Of a stretch of DNA of 64,000 bases, positions 56,553-64,000 are shown piece after piece. Below the pieces are notes generated by a model that made no database searches, was not told the origin of the DNA, and saw nothing but the letters and a program-made list of their open reading frames with translations. Source of the DNA: Eledone cirrhosa (Eukaryota); contig OZ024764.1 in NCBI GenBank assembly GCA_964016885.1, positions 29,078,001 through 29,142,000 on the forward strand, in the 5' to 3' direction. The position numbers and the translations under genes are program-made. Every line of letters starts with the position of its first letter. Positions within the stretch are counted from its first letter, which is position 1.

Positions 56553-56800
56553 CTGTTGGAAGATATTGAAGCGGAGAACAGGAGCACGGGATGTGTAGCA
56601 ACAGCAAGACATTGGTTAGGAAGAGAGAGAAAGAGAGAAAATTTATGAATTTATTACAGGGAAAAATATCATATGTTATTAGAGCCAGGAAAATAGGGGC
56701 AGACATCACTGTGATGTTCATGGGTTCAGTTTTGAAGAAGATGATATATATATAGATAAATATATATAGAGAGATATATTAATATAGATAGATATATATA

Positions 56801-57427
56801 GAGAAAACAAATAAAAACAAACAAATAACGAAACAAAATTAAATTTCGCTTCGTTTGTAACTCACTTTTGTATGACTGACGCTTAAACAATTAAGTCAAA
56901 AATGTACATCTACATATGCATACTGAAATACTAGTGTGTATATGAATACACACACGTATACATATGTAGGTGTAACAAGTCTTTCACTGGTTGCTTTACT
57001 GTGAGCACCCAGCTATTCTGTATGTAAACACACAGACAAACCGGTTTTTAGAGTCATACTGGTTTTCGGGGGAACACCTTCCCTACTAATTTTCATAGAA
57101 AAAGCATATAACGATATGTGCTTTTACAATTCTCCAGAAGGGCCGGTAGATAGGTAAATATTGCTGATGAGTTGTAACAACAACGAAACTAGTTCAATAT
57201 TCCTTGTCTGGCTTTCTGAAGAATAGAGGGAAGGTGTTCCCCCGAAAACCAGTATCACTCTAAAAACCGGTTTGTCTGTGTGTTTACATACAGAATAGCT
57301 GGGTGCTCACAGTAAAGCAACCAGTGAAAGACTTGTTACACCTACATATGTATACGTGTGTGTATTCATATACACACTAGTATTTCAGTATGCATATGTA
57401 GATGTACATTTTTGACTTAATTGTTTA
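56801..57427. mobile_element. Fold-back Penelope-like insertion: ~200-bp arms around a plus-strand hammerhead (57157-57201)
   Basis: Arms 56884-57084 and 57227-57427. Core aatattg-CTGATGA-gttg(taacaa)caac-GAAA-ctagtt-caatatt. A ~40-bp direct repeat lies on both flanks. Confidence 0.8.
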
Positions 57428-57494
57428 TATATAGAGAGATATATTAATATAGATAGATATATATATATATATAGATAAATATATATATATAGTC

Positions 57495-57650
57495 TATCTC
57501 TAGGGCGGGTAAAATTCCCGAGATCCATGGACGAGTTCTCTCCAGCGGTCTCTGTCCCTCATTATCGCTGCCATGTCCTGCATCTCCAACAGACCAGTGT
57601 CTGTCCTTAGGGCATCAACATACATTAACCTTGGTCTTCCTCGTCCAGTG
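57495..57650 (-). mobile_element. RTE-like LINE 3' fragment
   Basis: GRGRPRLMYVDALRTDTGL...MRDRDRWR. A near-identical plus-strand copy lies at ~60505-60645. Confidence 0.75.
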
Positions 57651-57664
57651 TATCCATATATATT

Positions 57665-58430
57665 GGAGGCACATGGCTTAGTGGTTAGAGCATTGGCCTT
57701 GCAATCGAAAGGTTGTGAATTCAATTCTCAGACCAGGTGATGTGTTGTTTCCTTGAGCAAGACACTTTATTTCACATTGCTCCAGTTTACTCAGCTGTAG
57801 AAATGACATGATAGGACTGGAGTCCCTATCATTCCACTACAAAGTGGTTGTGAATGTGCCACGGCAAAAAAGCACCCAGCACTCACTGTAAATGAGTGCA
57901 GGGCGATCAAAATAGATGGTAGCTATGGAGTAGGCAGACCCAGAAAGACCTGGGACGATCTGATAAATTCCGACCTCACTCACTTACACCTCTCCAAGAC
58001 AATGTCACTGGACTGAGATCTTTGGCGCTACACTGTAATACAGAAGACCCTCCTTGCCTAAGTACAAAGCGAAACCTATAGTCAGTAGGCACCTCTTAAC
58101 CAAAATACACCCCCACCGCCATTTACACCACTCCTTTCGATGTAAAGTTATGTTAGTACCACAACATCCAGTCCTAAATAAATGAGGTCATGTAGGTGTC
58201 ACGACAAAAAAATACACAGTCCACGCTGTAATGTGGCCGTGTAGGTAACAAGGTAAAAACCTCCCAGTCCACACTGTAAACGTGGTTGATGTTAGGAAGG
58301 GCATCCAGCCGTAGAAAACCCGCCAGACAGTCCCGAGCAAGACAACCAATCTTGCCTCAAGTGGGACAATTCCCGTCCAGACCCATGCTAGCATGGAAGA
58401 TAGACGTTAAACGATGATGATGATGATGAT
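57665..58430 (+). mobile_element. CORE-like SINE head joined to an RTE-like LINE 3' end
   Basis: SINE head at 57665-57830; CRAIKIDGSYGVGRPRKTWDDLI..DL at 57897; tail gttaggaagggcatccagc...gacgttaaac(gat)n. Confidence 0.7.
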
Positions 58431-58449
58431 ATATATAAATCATACACAA

Positions 58450-58703
58450 AACGCCAGCACCAACAGTTTTGCAAGAGATGTCAAAATGAATGGACCTGTT
58501 ATTTTTATCTAAAGACATTTTTTCCAATTCCATCCCACCCGTCCCCTCAATCTATCTTATTTCTTATTCTTTCTTCTGATGAAGGACTAGCGTCCGAAAC
58601 GTTAAGACCCTCTTCCTGCTATTTCAAGCATTAACCTTTAACCTAATATATTCCTTCCATATACTGTACTGACTGTGTTGTTATTTCTGTTTACCTTTTA
58701 CAT
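58450..58703 (+). mobile_element. Penelope-like terminal repeat with a minimal hammerhead (58571-58607)
   Basis: tctt-CTGATGA-a-ggac(tagc)gtcc-GAAACGTT-aaga, with a palindromic AACGTT stem III. Confidence 0.75.
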
Positions 58704-58869
58704 ATATATCATCATTTTTTCATTCATTTCATTTTACGTCCACTTTTTCCCTGCTTGTTTCCCTGTGTGTTTATGTGTATGTGTGTGCATGTATGTAGAT
58801 GACTGAAACCAGTAAAAGCTGGCAGTACCCCAGCAGAGCCCTGGTAAATCACTTAAACAATACACTCAC

Positions 58870-58936
58870 CAAATATCCACAAATACCAAAGGCTATGTAC
58901 AGAAATGTCACCACAAACATTGTGGATATGAAGATG
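58870..58936 (-). CDS. Aa_trans-family transporter exon 5
   Basis: ttccag / gtgagt, phases 2-0; (F)IFISTMFVVTFLYIAFGICGYL. Confidence 0.94.
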
Positions 58937-59005
58937 CTGGAAAACAAAACAAAAAAAAAATATATCATCATATCTATATATATATATATCTGCATATATA
59001 TATAT

Positions 59006-59665
59006 ATATTGTTTTACTTTGGGAGGGTCATGTTGCCAATAAGAAACACACGTACCAGTTGTTTTCGCTTCAATTTATTATAATAAATTTATAAATTTAG
59101 GAATTTATAAATTTCTGGTTGGTTGGTTGGTTGGTTCCACAACCAGATGATTGTTTATATATTGTCAAAGTTCTTTCGTCACACATTCTGTGACCTCTTC
59201 AGTGACTGGGGATTCTTTTCTTTGTTTTTGTGCCTCTCCTTTGTTCTGTCCTACGCCATCTTGTTTTTGTGTGTGTGTTGTGTGCTTAGTTTGCGCATGT
59301 GTTACATCCGGGTGTCTGTGTGTGTTTATATTCGTTTATTTATTTGTTTAATTACATGTTACTGGTTTGTTGTTTGTTCTATATGGTACAAAGAAAAGAA
59401 TCCCCAGTCACTGAAGAGGTCACAGAATGTGTGACGAAAGAACTTTGACAATATATAAACAATCATCTGGTTGTGGAACCAACCAACCAACCAACCAGAA
59501 ATTTATAAATTCCTAAATTTATAAATTTATTATAATAAATTAAAGTGAAAGCAACTGGTGCGTGTGTTTCTTATTGGCAACATGACCCTCCCAAAGTATA
59601 ACAATATCGGTTTCAACACACGTTTTCAGATAAAGAATCTTGCTAAACAAATTCAGAAACGAAAT
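59006..59665. mobile_element. Inverted pair of hammerhead-bearing Penelope-like repeats (family of 39099)
   Basis: Arms ~59006-59225 and ~59388-59607. Hammerheads at 59164-59206 (-) and 59407-59449 (+). Confidence 0.8.
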
Positions 59666-59765
59666 ATATATATATGCATATATATATATATATATATATG
59701 CATAATATATAAATGCATATATATATATATATATATATATGCATATATATATGCATATATATATA

Positions 59766-59811
<46 letters not shown>

Positions 59812-60135
59812 GATTCACTCTTAGTATTATTCTGAACTAGATGTACTAATATACATATAATTAGAACTTAGATTTGAGTTTAGATTTCTAGCTTCAACAG
59901 TTAAAGCTTCTACAATGACCAGAAATAAGTGGCCAGAGGCTCCTTGATGTAATTCGTACAATGTGGTTGTCCAGTACACAGCAGATGCAGAGTTTGATTC
60001 TTGTAGGCAGTCCTGTTTACGTTTTTCCATCTCCATATTCAACTATATTTTATAATTCAATAGTTTTTCTGTGTTGGAGAAGCAAATATATGAACCAAAA
60101 CAAAAAACAAAATGTTTTTTTTTTTTTTTACTCAC

Positions 60136-60200
60136 AAGTTAAAATTTTTTCGTTTTTCTTTTACAATGGAAGATTCTAAAGAGAGGATCATCCCAGCACC
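60136..60200 (-). CDS. Aa_trans-family transporter exon 4
   Basis: ctgcag / gtgagt, phases 0-2; GAGMILSLESSIVKEKRKNFN(F). Confidence 0.94.
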
Positions 60201-60429
60201 CTGCAGATAGAGAAAGGAGGTAAGTTGGATAGAGAGAAAAGGAGTAATGGTGATAGAGAGTATAGTCATTTTTATAATCATCAAGCAAGAGTAATGTAAA
60301 TGCTAAAGGTTTAAGAAAATCTCTGAAGCAATGTATGGTAAGCCAGCTGTGTTTAATATCTGAGTCACTGACAGCTTGTATTTAAGTTGGTCATATATAT
60401 ATATATATATTATGTCAACTCTGGATGTC

Positions 60430-60645
60430 GGTGAGCATGTCCAGCCAACCTCAGCCTCCTCTGTGTCACTTTTGAGCTGACTTTTGGGATGCTCCTACAG
60501 GGACACACTAGAAGAGGAAGACCAAGGTTAACATATGTTGATGCCCTAAGGACAGACACTGGTCTGTTGGAGATGCAGGATATGGCAGCGATAATGAGGG
60601 ACAGAGTACTCGTCCATGGATCTCGGGAATTTTACCCGCCTTAGA
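60430..60645 (+). mobile_element. RTE-like LINE 3' fragment
   Basis: Homolog of 57495-57650 in the opposite orientation. Confidence 0.72.
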
Positions 60646-60686
60646 TAGATAGATATATATTATTTAAATAATTGACAGAGTTGGTC

Positions 60687-60757
<71 letters not shown>

Positions 60758-61095
60758 TACACACACATATATATAGAGAGAGAGATAATAACTGTTTCTA
60801 CTTTAGGCACAAGGCCAGCAATTATCCCAGTACGTTACTGGTACTTTATTTTATCGACCCCGTAAGGATGAAAGGCAAAGTTAACCTCGGCGGGATTTCA
60901 ACTCAGATCATAAAGGGCCGCAACTCTATGCTGCAAAGCATGGCGTCCGACTGCAGCATAGAGTTACTGGGTCGATAAAACAACTGATTTCAACTCAGAT
61001 CATAAAGGGCCGCAACTCTATGCTGCAAAGCATGGCGTCCGACTGCAGCATAGAGTTACTGGGTCGATAAAACAACTGAAAATATTGTTACTTAC

Positions 61096-61165
61096 CTCGT
61101 AACAATATATTGAAATGGCAAGGAAAAATGGCAGCCCTGCTAGAGACATCTTCTTAGGGTGAATA
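61096..61165 (-). CDS. Aa_trans-family transporter exon 3
   Basis: ttccag / gtaagt, phases 2-0; (T)IHPKKMSLAGLPFFLAISIYCYE, joining to GAG to give the P.F....Y..EG motif. Confidence 0.95.
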
Positions 61166-61597
61166 CTGGAAAGAAAGAGGAAAATATTGAAGAAGGAGGA
61201 AGGTATAGATAAGGAGGAGGTGGGGGAGGAAAGAGGGGCGAAAAGAAGGATACTGTATTAATTTTATCGTGACACCAGCACTACCACTTTACAGAGTGTA
61301 CTGGGTGTATTTTATCATGACACCAACACTACCACTTTACAGAATGTACTGGGTGTATTTTATCATGACACCAACACTACCACTTTACAGAGTGTACTGG
61401 GTGTATTTTATCGTAACTGCAAGTGGTCGTAATTTGCGTAGGCTGTAATGCAAGTATTTGTCCAAGGACATACAGACACAGGCAGACTGATAGACACAAA
61501 GACAGACATATAGGCAGACAAACACACAGATAGACACAGCGAGGGCATTGTTAGTAAGAAAAAGAAAAGAGGTAAGAAGAGAAGGGAGATAACTTAC

Positions 61598-61675
61598 GTA
61601 ACTAGATGAATATGCTGGAAGTCAAACCAGAAGACAACAGCAAAAGCCAACAGACTAGAACACTGAGCTAAAAAA
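61598..61675 (-). CDS. Aa_trans-family transporter exon 2
   Basis: ctgaag / gtaagt, phases 2-2; (S)FLAQCSSLLAFAVVFWFDFQHIHLV(T). Confidence 0.88.
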
Positions 61676-61898
61676 CTTCAGTGGGAGAAACAGAAAAATG
61701 AAAGATAATGACAAAGCAGAAAACAATTCAAAAATAAAAAATAAAAAATAAAAAATATACAACAACCACTACCACAACAGTAACAACAACAACAACAGTA
61801 ACTTTTCAAATTGAGATCACTGCTCCGATACTATGGACAAGTGGTTAGACTGTCTCAGGAAAGATTTTACGGGCAAAAGCAAATGGCAAATAGATACT

Positions 61899-62949
61899 AG
61901 GGGTGGTTTTAGATGGTTTAGTGTCTGAAGTGTTAAAACCAGGGGTGGTTTTAGATGGTTTGGTGTCTGAAGTGTTAAAACCAGGAGTAGTTTTAGATGG
62001 TTTGGTGTCAGAAGTGTTAAAACCAGGGGTGGTTTTAGATGGTTTGGTGTCTGAAGTGTTAAAACCAGGGGTGGTTTTAGATGGTTTGGTGTCTGAAGTG
62101 TTAAAACCAGGGGTAGTTTTAGATGGTTTGGTGTCAGAAGTGTTAAAACCAGGGGTGGTTTTAGATGGTTTGGTGTCAGAAGTGTTAAAACCAGGGGTGG
62201 TTTTAGATGGTTTGGTGTTAGAAGTGTTAAAACCAGGGGTGGTTTTAGGTACTTTGGTGTCTGAAGTGTTAAAACTAAGAGTAGTTTTAGAGGGTTTGGT
62301 GTCTGAAGTGTTAAAACCAGGGGTGGTTTTAGGTACTTTGGTATCTGAAGTGTTAAAACCAGGAGTAGTTTTAGATGGTTTGGTGTCAGAAGTGTTAAAA
62401 CCAGGGGTGGTTTTAGATGGTTTGGTGTCTGAAGTGTTAAAACCAGAGGTAGTTTTAGATGGTTTGGTGTCTGAAGTGTTAAAACCAGGGGTAGTTTTAG
62501 ACGGTTTGGTGTCAGAAGTGTTAAAACCAGGGGTGGTTTTAGATGGTTTGGTGTCTGAAGTGTTAAAACCAGGGGTGGTTTTAGGTACTTTGGTGTCTGA
62601 AGTGTTAAAACCAGGGGTAGTTTTAGATGGTTTGGTGTCTGAAGTGTTAAAACTAGGAGTAGTTTTAGAGGGTTTGGTGTCAGAAGTGTTAAAACCAGGG
62701 GTGGTTTTAGATGGTTTGGTGTCTGAAGTGTTAAAACTAGGGGTAGTTTTAGATGGTTTGGTGTCTGAAGTGTTAAAACCAGGGGTGGTTTTAGATGGTT
62801 TGGTGTCTGAAGTGTTAAAACCAGAGGTAGTTTTAGATGGTTTGGTGTCTGAAGTGTTAAAACCAGGGGTGCTTTTAGGCAGTTTGGTATCTGAAGTGTT
62901 AAAACCAGGGGTGGTTTTAGGCAGTTTGGTGTCTGAAGTGTTAAAACCA
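61899..62949. repeat. 42-bp tandem satellite, about 25 copies (intronic)
   Basis: Unit ggggtggttttagatggtttggtgtctgaagtgttaaaacca; period 61921 to 61963. Confidence 0.97.
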
Positions 62950-62982
62950 ACAAATTTACCAAAGAATGAAATAATGTATTAC

Positions 62983-63063
62983 CTGGAAATGGAAAGACTG
63001 TTGAGTTGCCTGAAAAATGCCAGAAGACAAAGTGGGGGGAGCAGTAACCCAAGACATCCAATT
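62983..63063 (-). CDS. Aa_trans-family transporter, first exon visible in the window (internal exon)
   Basis: tcacag / gtaata, phases 2-2; IGCLGLLLPPLCLLAFFRQLNSLSIS(S). Confidence 0.88.
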
Positions 63064-63295
63064 CTGTGAAATCAAGTTTGACAAGAATATAGAGAGATAG
63101 ATAGATAGAGAGATAAATAGATGGCTAGAGTAAAGATAGATATATAGCTGTAATATAGATATATATATAGTTAGATATATAAGTGATAGATAGATCAATA
63201 CATAGCTAGAGTATAGATAGATATATAGTTAGATATATAGCTATAATATAGATATATATAGTTAGATATATAGATAGACAGAGTATATATATATA

Positions 63296-63692
63296 CGAGG
63301 GCAATCCCAAAAGTAAGGTCTCTTTCCGATATTGCAACTTTTCCGTTAAAATCCTGTGGATGGTGCTTCAAGAAACCTCAGGAACCAAAATGCAGAGAGC
63401 ATCCAGAGTGTTCCGCCGATCTTTACACATGTTTTCCTCGGAAGGGGACCTTACTTTTGGGATTGCCCTCGTATATAATATCTGCGCGAAATTTGCACTT
63501 GGCTGCGGTAGCGTTCAACGAGAGGTCCATTCTCAACGGCTGCCAAGCCAAGATTGAGCATCCCAGCGAAGCGCGCGCATGCTTGTTTGGGAGTGAAGGA
63601 AGCACCAATCACAACAGTGTTGCCAACAGCCGTACGAACAGTTTCTCTGCGTCCCCATCGCTTTGGAGACCTTACTTTTGGGATTACCCTCG
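63296..63692. mobile_element. Tc1/mariner-type MITE with one left and two right TIRs
   Basis: TA|cgagggcaatcccaaaagtaaggtc at 63296; its reverse complement ends at 63471|TA and again at 63692|TA. Confidence 0.8.
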
Positions 63693-64000
63693 TATATAGC
63701 TGTAATATAGATATAGATGATAGATAGCTAAGGGCGCACAAGAAAAGGGGACAATACAAAGACATGCCGGGGATTTTACATACAGTCGTGTAAAAAATAT
63801 AAAAACAAACAATTACAACAATCGAAATCCCCAATAGGGGGGAGGCGCCACAAATGGGTTGTTTAATACCCCATCGATAAAACAACCCTCAACTCCAGGA
63901 GCATGTTGTGCAAGTGCTCCCTTCTTCCTTTTGCTCTCTTCTTTAACCTACAGGCTTGATAGATAGATATATAGATAGAGTATATATAGAGATATAGCTG

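Noticed and set aside
52225-56598. 1457-aa and 1344-aa ORFs
   Set aside because: Translations of a stop-free 20-bp satellite, open in all three frames and antisense within an intron.
59830-60050. Possible second GIY-YIG remnant on the minus strand
   Set aside because: Only scattered motif fragments in different frames; too weak to call.
61817-63069. 388-aa and 414-aa repeat ORFs (VVLDGLVSEVLKPG)n
   Set aside because: 42-bp intronic satellite open on both strands; the true exon at 62983-63063 uses a different frame.

Overview
Repeat-rich animal genomic DNA; the SINE and microsatellite landscape resembles coleoid cephalopods such as Octopus (inferred, not verified). The only intact gene I can support is a minus-strand Aa_trans-family (SLC36/AVT3-like) amino-acid transporter. 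Eleven phase-consistent GT-AG exons were read by hand between 63063 and the TAG at 41049, and its 5' end lies beyond the window. Six of its ten visible introns carry their own tandem array. The left half holds a duplicated, decayed Helitron block, CRE-like and hAT-type remnants, fold-back structures and satellites. The most interesting unexplained signal is a three-copy, ~155-170 nt GC-rich structured-RNA candidate at 20.8, 22.5 and 27.4 kb. It has a fixed-distance TATA, a cUUCGg hairpin, a B-box-like motif, a covarying 3' stem and a T-run, and two copies face each other in a ~1.1-kb inverted duplication. The window also contains four families of hammerhead-ribozyme-bearing Penelope-like repeats, mostly as inverted pairs. 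Almost all long ORFs in the supplied track are artefacts of tandem repeats.
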